A DNA stretch of 64,000 nucleotides from Podospora anserina (taxonomy: Eukaryota): positions 3,100,001-3,164,000 of the forward strand of contig CM030332.1 in assembly GCA_017654855.1 (NCBI GenBank). Direction: 5' to 3'. Positions within the stretch are counted from its first letter, which is position 1. The number at the start of each line of letters is the position of its first letter. The notes under the pieces are model-generated. The model saw only the letters and a list, made by a program, of their open reading frames with translations. It was not told the origin of the DNA and did not search any database. The position numbers and the translations under genes are program-made. Below are positions 10,596 to 23,729 of this stretch, piece by piece.

Positions 10596-13500
10596 ATGTC
10601 TTCACCATCGAAGCGGTCAACGCGCAGCACCAGGAGTTCCCAGGCTGCTCAGAGCAGCCCCGCTGCCGAGAACTCGAGAACTCCCCGCCAGACTCGGACC
10701 TCAGCATTGGCCTCAAGTCCTATGGTATACGATTCCTCCTCTCCCAACAATGCGCCCTCGTCGCCTCTCCGCCAGATGAGCAACACTCAGAGCACCGCCG
10801 GAAACAATGCCGCCAGCTCGCCCTTGCGCCAGCAGACCGAGACGCAAAGCACTGGTGATCGCACACCTCGCGCAAGCGGTCGTGGTCTCTTGGTTGGAGG
10901 TAAACCGCTGAAAACAATGGCTTTTCTTTACATTCAAAGCTAACATACCCCTGACAGACTCGTCCCCTATCCGCTATGATGAATCCAGCCCAGGGCCCAA
11001 CCTCACCCAGCAGTCGGACCTTCGCAGTGAAAGCAGTGCGCTTTTCGTAAACGAGCGCACAAGACCTTCCCGGTCTCACCGTGGGGATATCAACCCAGAT
11101 GTCATTCGCACACCACGCATGCCACGCCGAATTATCTTGGATGACGCAGGCCGAGTCGTTCGTGATGGCTCTCAAGTCGGGTCCGACGCCGCTTCCTTCT
11201 CCAACAACAACCCCAACACATCTGAGGCAAACGCCCTTGGTGGCATGAGCCAGGGTCTCGTATGGGGTACCACCGTCTCACTTGAAGACTCCTTCGCGGC
11301 CTTCAAGGACTTTCTCCGAAACTTCACCAAAAAGTATCGCATGTGGGCGGATGGCGCAACCGAGGCTGACACCATGGGGAACCCCGAGGCGGATTCCAAA
11401 CCATATTGGGAGGCTTTGGAGAACATGTTGTTGCTGGGCAGCAACAGGTTGTACCTTGATCTTCGTGATCTCAAGGCGTACCCGCGAACGCTGAAGCTAT
11501 GGCATCAAGCCCAGGCCTACCCCACCGAAATTGTTCCAGTCATGGATCAATGCGTGCACGACTTCATGATTGATCTTGCGCGCGCTGAGATGGCTAGTCA
11601 AAGACAGGCCTCTCTTGCTGGTGGAAATATGCCCAACTCTTCCCAGAGCTCTGATCTGAACTTCCCCAGTTCTGATCGTGGGGAGGAGCCATCAACTCCC
11701 AGGCCTACCCAGGGACAGCAGATGACCCTTGAAGACCAGGTCTCCGCGGAGACGTATGTTGTGCGCCCATTCGGTATCGAGAAGAATACCAACCTGAGAG
11801 ATCTCAACCCTTCAGATATGGACAAGCTTGTCTGCATCAAGGGTCTAGTGATCCGTACCACGCCTGTGATTCCCGACATGAAGGACGCTTTCTTCAAGTG
11901 CAGTGTTTGCGGACACTCCGTCACCGTTGAGTTGGACCGTGGCAAGATTCGGGAGCCGACTGAGTGCCCTCGCAATCGTTGCAAGTCCAAGAACTCGATG
12001 CAGATTATCCACAATCGCTGCACATTCACGGATAAGCAAGTAATCAAGCTGCAGGAGACTCCTGATGACACGCCTGCTGGCCAGACGCCTCATTCCGTTT
12101 CCATCTGCGCTTACAACGAGCTGGTTGACTTTTGCAAGGCCGGTGACCGTGTAGAGATTACGGGTATATACAAGGTTACTCCTGTGCGTGTCAACCCTCG
12201 CATGCGGACGGTCAAGAGTGTGCACAAGACGTATGTGGACATTGTCCATGTCCAGAAGGTCGACAAGAAGAGAATGGGCAATGACCCTTCTGTTCTTGAC
12301 TTGGCTGAGGAGGAAGAGGCCCATATCAGCGGCCAGAGTCTTGATGAGATCAAAAAGATCTCGCCAGAGGATGAGGCCAAGATCAGGGAGACTGCTGCTC
12401 GTGCCGACATCTACGAGCTTTTGTCCCGGTCTCTCGCTCCATCAATCTACGAAATGGAGGATGTCAAGAAGGGTATCCTCCTCCAGCTGTTTGGTGGTAC
12501 CAACAAAACCTTTGAAAAGGGCGCCAGTCCCCGCTACCGTGGCGATATCAACGTCCTGTTGTGTGGTGACCCTTCAACGTCCAAGTCTCAGCTTTTGGGT
12601 TACGTCCACCGCATCGCCCCCCGCGGTGTGTACACCAGCGGCAAGGGTTCCTCTGCGGTCGGTCTTACAGCCTATGTCACCCGCGACCCAGAGACCAGAC
12701 AGCTGGTTCTCGAGTCCGGCGCCTTGGTCTTGTCCGACGGTGGTGTGTGCTGCATTGACGAGTTTGACAAGATGAACGAGTCCACTCGCTCTGTTCTCCA
12801 CGAAGTGATGGAACAGCAGACCGTCTCTGTCGCCAAGGCAGGCATCATCACCACCCTCAACGCCAGGACTTCCATCCTAGCCTCTGCCAACCCGATCGGC
12901 AGTCGTTACAACCCTGACCTCTCCGTCCCGCAAAACATTGATCTTCCCCCTACCCTACTCTCCCGTTTCGATCTGGTCTATCTCATCCTCGATCGAGCCG
13001 ACGAGAAGCAAGATCAGCGCTTGGCTAAGCATTTGCTGTCCATGTATCTCGAGGACAAGCCTGACTCGGCCCACTCCAACAATGATATCCTGGTATGTTC
13101 ATCCCTCTTTCTCCATCTACTTCCTCCCGACTAACAGTCTCCAGCCAATCGAATTCCTCACCTCTTACATCTCCTACGCCCGCCAAAAAGTCAACCCCCA
13201 GATCTCCAACGAAGCCGCCAAGGAGCTCGTCGACTCGTACGTCGAGATGCGCAAGCTCGGCCAGGACGTCCGCGCCGCAGAGAAGCGCATCACGGCCACC
13301 ACCCGTCAGCTCGAGAGCATGATTCGTCTCTCTGAGGCTCACGCTCGCATGCGTCTCTCCGAGACGGTCACTCAAAATGACGTAAAGGAGGCCGTGAGGC
13401 TGATCAAATCCGCCCTCAAGACGGCGGCGACGGATGCGCAGGGCAGAATCGACATGAGTCTCCTCACTGAAGGCACGTCGGCGGCGGACAGAAGGAAGAA

Positions 13501-13726
13501 GGCCGAGATCAAGGACGCCATTGTCAGACTGTTGGACGAGCTGACTGCCGGCGGGCAATCAGTCAAGTTCGCCGAAGTAGCCAGGAAGTTATCAGATGGT
13601 GCCAGCGTGCCGGTGGAGTCGGCCGATTTTGCCGAGGCGATGAGGACGCTAGAGATGGAGGGTGCCATCATGGTCAGTGGAGAGGGTGCGAGAAAGAGTG
13701 TAAGAAGGGTCACGGCTCAAGTGTAA
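10596..13726 (+). CDS. MCM4: DNA replication licensing factor MCM4 (introns 10900-10957, 13093-13144)
   Basis: S/P-rich N-tail, zinc motif CSVC...CPRNRC, Walker A GDPSTSKSQ, CCIDEFDKM, arginine finger LLSRFD, ATTRQLESMIRLSEAHA. Confidence 0.96.
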
Positions 13727-13875
13727 CGCCTTTCTGACGGGGATAATTTCCAACTTGTTATTTTTCAAATGAGAAAAAAAAAACAGCTATCAACAACGCC
13801 CCCCCCCCGCCTTTCAAACAGAAACGCAAAACTAGGTATAATGACGAAATCAGAAATCTTTTCTCCTCCTCATGA

Positions 13876-15008
13876 TCAATTCGCCGCCGCCGTCCCATTA
13901 CCCACATTGACCACCGTCTCCGTCATGCTCCCCCTATCCACCTCCTTTCCCTTGTCAACCTGAGGTACTGCCGCCCCAGAGCCGGACACCTTACTGTCCT
14001 CCTCCTCCCCCAGCAGCCCACTAGGCCTCCAATCCCTGAGATCATCCTCGGCATCATTCAATATCTGCCTCGCCTGCCCAGCATGAGGATACGCCGGTTT
14101 GACATCCCCCGGCACGACAGGTGTATCATCCAACAATTCCAACAACCTCAACCCATGCCTCGCAAGAATAATCTGCTTATCCGCCCGTTCAATCGTAGCC
14201 AAAAACTCGGCCTGGTACGCCTCCTTCAACTTTTGCCTTGTCTACCACAATATCAGCACACTATCATCATCAGTGCTTATCAGGGGAAATACATACAACA
14301 TTACTCAACTGCGCCTCAGCAACCAACCCCTCAGCCTCAGCCCTGACAAGCTCCTGCTCCAACACCACCAATTTTGTCGACTGCGGCTCCCTACTCTTCA
14401 ACTTTGCAATCTCATCCCCGATCTTCTTCTTTCCCTCTCTTGTTGGTTGGACGCTTCGTTCGGTGTTTCTGATCACCTTGAGCGCTGCGCGCGCGTCGTC
14501 GAGGGCGTGGGCGTAGTTGTCTTCTTGCTCGCCTATTTCTGAGAGGAGGACGCCGATTTTGTCCGAGATGTCGGAGATGGAGTCGTCTTGGGTTGCCTCA
14601 CCCCATTCAGAGAGCTGGGTTGCGATGGAGAGGCGCTCTTTGGCTGCGGATTCGTGGTGGGAGGTGAGGGAGGAGGAAGATTTGAGGAGGCGGGTGAGGC
14701 GTTTGGAGAGGTCGGGTTGGGTGAAGGTTGGGGAGCGGAGGGAGGGGAAGGAGAAGGGTTTTCGGTGGTGTTGGGATGGGGTGGAGGTGGTGGTACCCGT
14801 GGAGGAGCGGTATTGGGAGCGGATTGAGAGGGCGCGGTTCCTGGAGGAATTGAGCGTGTTAGCAATCGTGGGACTGGTTTTGTGGTGGCGGCGTGGGTAC
14901 CACTGGGCAAAGGGGTAGAAGCGGTTTGTTTCGTTGCTTTTGCGGGACATGATTTCCGCAGATGAATAGTAAACGGTTTGTGAAAAAGGGATATGTGACT
15001 TACAACAT
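13876..15008 (-). CDS. Eisosome BAR-domain protein of the Pil1/Lsp1 family (5-nt first exon; introns 14841-15003, 14242-14296)
   Basis: ATGTT|gtaagt...cag|GAACCGC gives MLNRALSIR. Conserved Pil1/Lsp1 motifs QLSEWG, DISDKIGVLL, LKVIRNTERSVQP, LEQELVRAEAEGLVAEAQLSNV-TRQKLKEAY, LLELLDDTPVVPG. Confidence 0.9.
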
Positions 15009-15952
15009 GATGCTGGGCTTAGGCTCTGTGGTGTGGAACTGAACGTATTCGGGACTTGGGTCGCAAGAAGAGGTCAGACTTGCTCTTTCCTCAGTAAACA
15101 CGAGGATATGTCGGCAACCCAGCAGGATACACAGGTAAAGAATAACACAGGGGGGTATCAGTATGCACAACGAACTGCTAAATCATCAATCGTTTGCTTG
15201 CTTTCAGAGCGTGAGGGTAAATGGGTAATCAGGTTGTGGTGTACGGGATAAAGACAATGGTGGTTCGTGATGACCGCCCGCGCAGCGTAGTGGTATATAG
15301 ATAGCAGCAGTAGGCCATAAACGGTCGCTCATCACGTCACTTTACATGTCTGGCTCAGGCTAGTAGAGCAGTCAGTTTCCCCAAGCCTTCTTCTGAACTC
15401 TCACGGAAACCCTTGGTGCAGATGTCGTCAGAGCTTTGGGATGAACAGGAGTTTGTAATTTCAGTACCTACACAACAACCCTTTTTTTTCTAACCCCATT
15501 CATGTATGTTCCTGTATGAATGGCTTCTCATACCATCGAAAGTCATCTCCCTCATGGAAAATATCTGTAAAGCTGTCTTAAACAAAGCATGTAGTGTAGA
15601 GTTCCATGTGACGTCATCCCACCCAACCACATCCCAGCCCCACCAAAGCTCTGCTCAGATCGAAGATCATTCATTCACCCCAACCACAGAACCACCTCCT
15701 CGGTTCTTGGCATCTATCCCCATCACCAGACCAGATCGATCACAAGATGAGACGAAGACAGATTACCTTCTCATGTGGCTTGTAGGGTAAACAACCCTCA
15801 TTATTATCCCGCCTATTACGGAGTAGCTAGCCAACCAGTCTATCTCAAACGAAGCCCATCCAAGCCAGACATGTACCCAAACATTTATTCATAACATCGT
15901 GATATCATCCTCCGCATAACCCATACATCCCCGTCCCATTATCACAAATGGA

Positions 15953-16309
15953 TCAATACCTCCTAGTAGTCTCAACCCGACTACTACTCCTCTCAATCTC
16001 CACCACCCTCTCCCCGTGACTCCGCCCTCTGCTCTCCCCCCTATAGCTCGTCATGCTCGCCCTCGGACTTGGAACAATAACTGTCGTTCTTGTTGTTGGC
16101 GGACACAGATAGGTCCCGCTCGTTCGAGGCGAGACATGATGGTGGTGGTGGTGGTGAGAAGAAGAAGAAGGGTGGTGGTGGTGGTGGTGGTGGGGGTGTC
16201 GGCTGCTGCTCCTGCTGTTGTGGTGATGGTGGTGAGAGGATGGCCGGCGGGTGGGGACGATTTCCTCGTGGTAGTAGTATTTTTCTGAGGAGGGGGTTCC
16301 GAAGCACAT
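15953..16309 (-). CDS. Small His/Ser/Arg-rich hypothetical protein (118 aa)
   Basis: ATG in good context (AAACATG); MCFGTPSSEKYYYHEEIVP start; poly-His tracts; TATA-like TTTATAAA about 170 bp upstream. Confidence 0.6.
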   Translation of the reverse strand: MCFGTPSSEKYYYHEEIVPTRRPSSHHHHHNSRSSSRHPHHHHHHHPSSSSHHHHHHHVSPRTSGTYLCPPTTRTTVIVPSPRASMTSYRGESRGRSHGERVVEIERSSSRVETTRRY

Positions 16310-17105
16310 GTTTTCTTCTTGAGGGCCGAGACTGAGTGATGGAATGTTTGTGGCGAAGACGTATGGTCTGTGTATGTGTGTTTTGTTTGATGATTATACC
16401 CGCAGACAAGGTAAGATGTGGAAGCTGAGATGGAAGAATAAAAATAATGAACAGACAAATAAACTGGAAGGTCAGGTTTATAAACACTTTTCTCCCTCGC
16501 CCGAAATACCCCAAGACCCTTAATAAATCAACTGACCAGATCCACCATCCCAGACAGAGAGACACTGGGCAACATCCGAAAAGAAAAAGAAAACAAGCCA
16601 GCATGCAGGGACCTCGAGGGACCCTGACGCACCACCCGTCTTGCTGCATGCTCACATGCCTTGCTTTCCTTCCCCACCAGGCCCCGGGGCTCAGCATGCG
16701 ATACAAGGCCTCACACTCATATGTAGCCTTACCAAACACCCTTCAAAAGTAACACTGCATGAATTATACGAAGGTTGATCTTCCAACACGTTGCAAGTCG
16801 GCCTTTGACACGAGCGGACAAGGCGACGTGGTAAGATAGTGGATCATCTTCTAGACAACCGACTCACCATCTATTCAAAAGCAAAAATAGAAACACATGC
16901 TCAATTCAATAGAGCATCTCGAGAATGTTCCCTTCTACAAATCTCACCCGGGTGGTCGGCTCAACGATGCCCCCCACCACGACCCAAGATCCACCATTCC
17001 AACGCTCCAGAGATCACCCCACCAAAAGATCTCCACCACCACCCAAAAATAAAAAATGAACTTTGTAAGTTGAAAAAGAAAATGCCGCCAAAAGATATAA
17101 TTCTT

Positions 17106-17179
17106 TGATTTCGTCCAGGCTCGAACTGGAGACCTTCAGTGTGTTAGACTGACGTGATAACCAACTACACCACGAAACC
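17106..17179 (-). tRNA. tRNA-Val(AAC), intronless
   Basis: Reverse complement GGTTTCGTGGTGTAGTTGGTTATCACGTCAGTCTAACACACTGAAGGTCTCCAGTTCGAGCCTGGACGAAATCA folds as a cloverleaf; anticodon loop CTAACAC. Confidence 0.95.
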
Positions 17180-17417
17180 ATTGCTTATTATTGAATGCCT
17201 CTTCCACTTTTACTAATATCAAAATACCACGGTCAAGCACCACTCACAACATCCCCATTACATCCCTTTTCAACCCTTTTTTTTCCTCTTAATAAACCAA
17301 CACTCAATACAAATACACATTTATTCGCCTTATAATCAACCTCAATACCAAACAAACAAAAGCTTTCAAAATATCAACCCCCTCCCATTTTTATTATCCC
17401 CCCTTTTCCCTCTCCAT

Positions 17418-18978
17418 CTATTTCTTAGCAGCAACATGGCCACTCGACGCAAACTTCAACTCAATATTCCCCACCAACCACACAGCCACAAAAAAGGCAA
17501 TAGCACTACTAAAGACAATAACCGGCTTGCGCAGGCTGGCCGAGAGAGGGTAGTCGTACGACACGATCAGCTCCCGATCCCTAAAGTCATCCACCAGGTT
17601 CCTCGCCTTGATCACCAGCGCCGTCCGCCCAATCGTGTCCAAAAAGGTCTTGTGGATCTCGACGTCGGCCGAGGTGATGGATTGGGTTGGGATCGAGGTG
17701 ACGTACTTGACGTTTCTGCAAAACATACAACAGTCAGTATTTGAAGTCAACAGAGGGGGGTGACAAAGGGGAAACGTACTCAGCACCCTCAGGCAAAATA
17801 ACCCTGACCTCGACCTGCTCATACTCCACACCCTCATTCTGCTTGGGCCCCTCAAGAAAAGGCACGTTCAGCACGAACCCTCCGGCTGCCGTCTTCCTCA
17901 AAAAGTTCTTCGCATCCGAGTTCCACCCAATGGTAAAGGGGTACTTCCAGCCGCCAAAGACAGGGTAACGAGGCTTGATCTCAAGCGACGCCTCCCGCTT
18001 GTTGCTTCTGAATCTCGAGGTCGACACATTGCCAATGACGTCAGTGTAGTAAGGGTCAACACTCCCAACACGAAGAGGGAACTTGAGCTCCTTCAGCGCA
18101 TGGGTATTGCCCTGCTGGTAGTACTGCGACTGCTGCCACTTGACCCTGTTGAACAGCGATGAAAGGTTGGCCCCGCGGTGGTAGAGAGTATAGCGCTCCT
18201 CAAAAGCAACATTTCCACCCCAGTGGCTGACCTCAATGTCCCGCTCCAGACGGGCAACGTGAGTGACTGGCCTGTTGAACTCGAAACGGACGCGGATGGG
18301 CTCGTACGCGCCGGCGGGCTTCTCGTCAAAGGGCCCGTAGGTGAGCTTGGTGCCCTGCTTTTGGGGGAACTCCTTGATGTCGCCGCTGCCTGGGAGCTTG
18401 GTGTAGTCGGGGATGTTGGCGGAGGGGAACTTGACTTCCGTCTTTTGCTTCGAGGTGGTGTACACCGAGGGAACGTAGGCGGAGAAGGTGTAGGTGAGGA
18501 ATTGGGCCTCCTCCTGCTTGATGGCGGCGGGAAGGGGCGAGTACGCCTTGAGGATGTAGTAGCTGATGCCGAGTGTCTGCTGTGCGCCGGGGGCGAGGGG
18601 CTTGGGAAGTCGGATGCGGAGGTACTGGGTGTCACTTTCGGGGTCGAACTCGACGTTCTCGGCGACGAATGGCCCGGCGCTGGTGTCCTTGCGATCCTTT
18701 ACCTCGACGCCACCGAGGCGCGAGATCTGATCGGCCGTGAAGGGGAGGTAGTATTCATTCTGTGGCTTCTTGTCGATATTTTCTACGACGACATTGATGT
18801 TCTCCTTGACGTAGTTCTTCTCGACGGAAACAACGTGGACGAGGTTGGCGTTCTTGAAGACCTGTGGGGGCTTGAAGGTAGACGGGAGTGTTGATTTGGA
18901 GCTGCCCTTGTCGGAGCTGGCGGCCGAAGCTAGCGACAGCAGCGAGAGAAAGGCAGAGAAGACGGCTGATGTCTTCAT
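17418..18978 (-). CDS. OST1: Oligosaccharyltransferase alpha subunit (ribophorin I); intron 17716-17779
   Basis: Signal peptide, IEVSHWGGNVAFEE, YYTDVIGNVSTSRFR, PRYPVFGGWKYPFTIG, VILPEGA, FLDTIGR, C-terminal TM helix. Confidence 0.94.
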
Positions 18979-19477
18979 GTTGTAAGAGAAAATGACATGT
19001 GCCCGCCCAATTGAAGAAATTCCACTGTCGACTTACTTGTTGGACCCTCAAGAGACCCTCCTGAGCATCACCGTGGCCTTCTGCCAAACAGCTGTCTCCG
19101 AAAAGCTTACGTTGCTGAAACACCCCTGTCCGTTTTGCCGGCTGGGACCCACAGCTTCCCGGACTGCCAAGAGAATCCGACATAGCTTACATAAACCACA
19201 TCTGGTGTAAGTTGCGGTTCACTTCACTTGAACTTTTCCAGTTTCACCATCGACCTTCCTTCCCATGCGAGGCAACCGCGACTTGCATCATGACGAAGCT
19301 TCCTCGAGCGGAAGGGACTTCCCACGGATTCATCATGAACCTATGGGAATCCATTGTGGCTTCTTCCGCTCTTCTGCTCCATGACCTCTCCCGTTCACAC
19401 ATCAGCATCAGGCCCGGATGTCACTATCATCACTCCTCGTACCTTCATTCGTCCAGGATCAACACCAACATCAAACC

Positions 19478-21433
19478 ATGTCTCCGCCTGCGAGATCGCA
19501 CCTCAGGCGGAGGAGACACATACTCCCAGCGATCCCGTTAGCACTAGATTTCAACATCTGGGCGGATCATCAGAGGTCCTCGACGAGACCCCCACCAGAG
19601 GAGATCCAATACCCAGACCTGCAACAGAGGGTTCAGACACAGCATGAAAAAGTTCTGCAAACTCGGGGCATTCATTACCTCAAGTCAAAGAGTCCCGTGT
19701 TATTCAAAGACTTCCATTCTCAACTCGCGGATGCAGCACGAGAGGAGATTCTTGACGACGTGTTTGGTGATCGGTATTGGACTCATGGCGAGGGGGACAC
19801 ATCATCGCTTATCAGAAACTAGAGGTTGTTCGGCGTGAGATCCGGGAATAGAGTCCCTTCAGAGGACTCCCCCTCAGCGAACGCCTCGTCAGAAGACTCG
19901 GAGAAAGCCACCTCACAAGACTCACAGAAACCCCCCTCAGAGAAACCCATCTCGGAGGAAACCCCTTCAGAAGACTCGGAGAAACCCACCTTGGAGGAAA
20001 CCCTTTCACAAGACTCAGAGAAACCCACCTCAGAGGAACCCATTTCACAATACTCGGAGAAACTCACCTCAGAGGAACCCCCTTCACCACACTCAGAGAA
20101 ACCCCCCTCAGAGAAACCCTCCTCAGAGAAGCCAACCCCAACAGCAGTAGCCTCTGCGGAAAATATGAAGGTGATGGATAAATCTATGGGGAATAGAGAC
20201 ATGATCCCGGTAGAAATACAAGAGTGGCTCAAAGCCAATGCTGTGGGCAACGGCGATAAAGCCTGGGCAAAGGAGCTAAAGAGGGCAATGAAATACAGCA
20301 AGGCAAAGGCATTAAAGGAGAAAGGCGTAAAGCTACAAGCCTCTGTTCTAGCGAAGCTCATCTCCTACCTGCCCCGATCAGGAGAACCTACTGGCCAACC
20401 CGCCTGGCGCAATCTCGATCCTAACCCATCAGGAGAGCCCACCAGCAGCAGAACAAAGCTCACGTTCAACAATCTCAGAGCCCTCGTACATGACACTCAC
20501 GATATCACTCTTTTCCTTGGACAAAGTATTAATTGCCTTGTATGGCACAACCAATCCGCAGCAGACCGCTACGCAAACCGAATCAACGCCTGGCTCGACT
20601 CCCTCTCCGCAGAATTAGCCAGTAAGCACGCTGTCCTTCCACCGGGGGTAGGATCAAGCGTAGGATCCCAGTCAGGACATGGTTCCTCCATCTCTCACAG
20701 TGTCCGTTTTATCGGGGCCCATCCTGCCAGTGTCGATAACTCGGAACAGTCAGCCCCGTTCCCGTTCTCTATCAATGCTGGCGGTTCGTTGACGTCGTCT
20801 GGGGCACGCAGGTTGAGGGCAGATGTTGGGGAGACGAATGAGAGGGGAGCTGAATGGCAGGATAGTGTGAACGAGTCTGCCATGGGTGGTGAGTACGAGT
20901 ACTCACCGTCGGAAGAGTGGGACCATACGCCTTCGTCTGGTTGGGGGCAGTGGGGGGAACCGCTGGAGAATTCGAGGGGGTACAGCACTCCGAGCAGGCA
21001 GACGGATACGAGGGTCGCGCTATTGAAGTGCGCGTAGGGAAGCACGTTCCCGGAGAACCCTCCTACACCATTTTTGAAGATGCTGGATGACCATCTGCCT
21101 GACGCGCTGTTGGCGAACGGGCTGCTGCCGACGGTGTTGGTGGATAGAGCGATGGAGGCGGGGTGGGAGGGGAGTGAGTGGAATATCGGTCTTGATAAAA
21201 GTGATTGGGTTAGTCTTGGACCATCAGAAAGCGACAGTCAAAGAGGGGGAGTAGAACCAAGCAGACGGGCAGGAGGGCCAAGTCGTAGAGGAGGAACAGG
21301 CCGTGGAGGGGGAACGAGCAGTGGAGGAGGAACAAGCAGTGGATCACCTGATGCTAGTGGGGAGGTACCTGATCGAGGAGGAGGAACAGGCCGTGGAGGA
21401 GATATCTGGCCGTGGAGGAGGAACAGGCAGTGA
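19478..21433 (+). CDS. Orphan gene with two in-frame TAG codons (19820-19822, 21035-21037); 651 aa if both are decoded as Trp; otherwise a pseudogene
   Basis: ORFs 19418..19822, 19826..21037 and 21074..21433 share one frame and are separated only by single TAGs. ATG at 19478 in AAACCATG context (alternative ATG at 19418). Confidence 0.6.
19859..20137 (+). repeat. Coding minisatellite built from 15-bp (TCAGAGAAACCCNCC, SEKP[P/T]) and 9-bp (TCA[G/C]AAGAC) modules, about 39-bp higher-order unit
   Basis: Repeated peptide SEDSEKPTSEEP; repeats are frame-preserving. Confidence 0.8.
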
Positions 21434-21521
21434 AGGAGGAACAGGCAGTGAAGCATGTGATACTTGTGGAGAGGTGCATGGTCGAGGAGGAGGAGGACCA
21501 AATCGGGGAGGAGCTAATGGC
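21287..21521 (+). repeat. Degenerate 18-bp tandem array (GGAGGAGGAACAGGCCGT, GGGTGR) with one 19-bp unit at 21395-21413
   Basis: About 13 consecutive units can be aligned in register by eye. Confidence 0.75.
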
Positions 21522-22395
21522 CAGAACCCTCAATTTGTGTTTCAATAATACCAACCACGTGCGCCAGGCCCAGTCTGTTGCTCTTCTTGACGGTGCGGTG
21601 CGGTATTATAGCAAGTGGTGGAGAAAGAGGGCCAGGTAGCGAAGAAGGGATGGCGAGCGGAAATTCTTCAAGGACAGGTTTACCCTATGGTGACTTTTTT
21701 ATCACTTGAAAAAGTCCCGGCGTGGTGCTTCGAGAACAAGCTTGTCTGGTCAGACTGGAAAGGAAAACACCACGGACATATTCTCACCTCGAGGGCGGGA
21801 GAGCGTTGTTGGTTTCATAACCAGAGTAGCGATAGGTCAGCGTTTGCGGGTATATATGGATTATTACAACCAGCTATCATCTCATTTTGAAACTCACCTC
21901 GCGGTTTTTCTTGTCAAACATAGACTTGTCGACCTAGCAGTTGTGTATGGTATGACCTCGATGTCGTTGCTGAATGAGAAAAGTGATATACCTCTGATGA
22001 TGACCCAAGGTAAGGTAGCTTAACTACCTACATCCACCCACCAAAGCCAGGAAAAGGTAACCATAATAACAGCAACATTAAACTCTTTTATTAAGTATCC
22101 CCTGAATCTAACTAATCCCCTGAACCCGGATGGAGCTACCGAGGAGATCAGGAGACACAGCAACACACAAACCTCGTCACTAAATTGGTTGACGTACGGC
22201 CTTATTCAAGACAGCACAGCACAGCACAGCATCATCACCCCCCACCCCCTTCATTTATGCCAACCACCACCTCACAAATCACCACAGTATCACATTTCAT
22301 CAAATGACCATCATCACATCACTCCCCAACCAGTAGTAATAATCACCAGCAGAATCAAACTTTGGTTCCCTGAATTATAAAAACCTTTGCTACCA

Positions 22396-22592
22396 ACACA
22401 CACACACACACAACACACCCAAAAAAAAAGACACCGAATCCCAAACACAACAAAGAGGGGAAAAAAAAAAAAAAAAAAACGAAACCCGCCAGAACACAAA
22501 AAACTCCATCCCGCGCCACGCCACGCCATAAAAAAGGCTGTCCCTATAAAAGATATACGGAGAAAGACAACACCAAACAACACAGACAACAG

Positions 22593-22625
<33 letters not shown>

Positions 22626-22745
22626 ACAGACTCAAAAAGGAAACTCCATTTTTCTTTCTTCCCCCCCTCTCCCCCCCCAATCTCGCTCGCTGACACAAAG
22701 TAGCCTAACAATATTCTCAAACCAAACCAAACCAAACCAAATAAA
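22396..22745. repeat. Low-complexity block: (CA)n, poly-A (2 tracts), (CAA)n, (CCAAA)n
   Basis: Directly visible simple repeats between convergent genes. Confidence 0.8.
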
Positions 22746-22760
22746 ATATCATGCTCATGC

Positions 22761-23729
22761 TCAATCAATACCCCTACCCCCCCACTTCGACCTCCTCTCC
22801 AACCCCCTCTTCCTAATCCTCCTCGCCCTCCCCCTAAAATCCCAATCCCAACCACCACCACCCACAAACCTCTCCCTCTGCATCCCCGCCCACCGCTCCA
22901 TCTCCCCCCTCCTTTCCAGAGCCTCCTCTTGTCGCTGTAAAGGCCCCACAAAAAATTCCTCGTACTCCTCTTGCTTGTCAAAAAAGTCCACCATCTGTTC
23001 CTGTTGCTGTTTAACAAGTCTCTGCATTTCTTCCATCTTCTGCTGGAGTGATTCTTCCAACTCTGCCCCGTCACCACCGTGATCACAAGTGCCCTCCTGG
23101 TCATCAGACTCCAGATGGCCTCCTCGCAGTCTCAAGCCCTTTAAGTCATTCACCCACGGCCAAAATTCCTAGTAGTTTGATAATGCCGGCATGTGGTCTG
23201 GTGGTAAAGGAGAAGGCCGTAACAATGTCATGTATTCCTCCCTCTCAATGTCGGACGAACTGAATTGCGGTTTAACTGATGCTGAAGAGGTTGCCTCAGT
23301 TCTACAAGCCCGACCTTGTTCCGCCCCATCCTCGGGCTTGATTTCAACGCTAGCCTGGACAATGTCATGTTTCTCATATTCCAAGGGCGGACTTCTGGCT
23401 CGGCGCGTGGGAGCTGAGACGTGCCGGTTGCTTTCGTTTATAACAGGTGATGCCCATGCTGAAGGGGTTCGGGAAAGTTCAAGGGGGGAGAAGGATACTC
23501 CATTGATGCGCTCTTCTGACGCGGGTCCAGGGTGGGCATCGAGCCCAAGTTGGATTCTGATGAGTTCTTCGTCAGAATTCTCTATGGCCGAGGGCAGAGA
23601 TGGCTCCAGCGACTCACTCTTCGGCTTGATAGGCGGTGTCTCGGACTTTGGCTCCAGAGGCTTGTCCGCTCTTGCCGCAGAGTCCCGGGAGCGTATGACC
23701 CTCTGCGGCAGACAAGCACGGACAGCCTT
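22761..23729 (-). CDS. Putative stop-codon-gated C-terminal extension of the BAH-PHD protein (186 codons, TAG 23169-23171, 135 codons, TGA 22761-22763)
   Basis: The frame stays open after the TAG at 23730-23732 (hand-checked codon by codon to 23385, ORF track beyond). The second part has a coiled-coil-like E/Q segment and a basic tail. Confidence 0.6.

Noticed and set aside
21615-21890. Coding-looking 91-aa ORF after a TAG, downstream of the orphan gene
   Set aside because: Separated from the upstream frame by TAA and TGA as well, with no supported donor site, so it cannot be joined by UAG editing.
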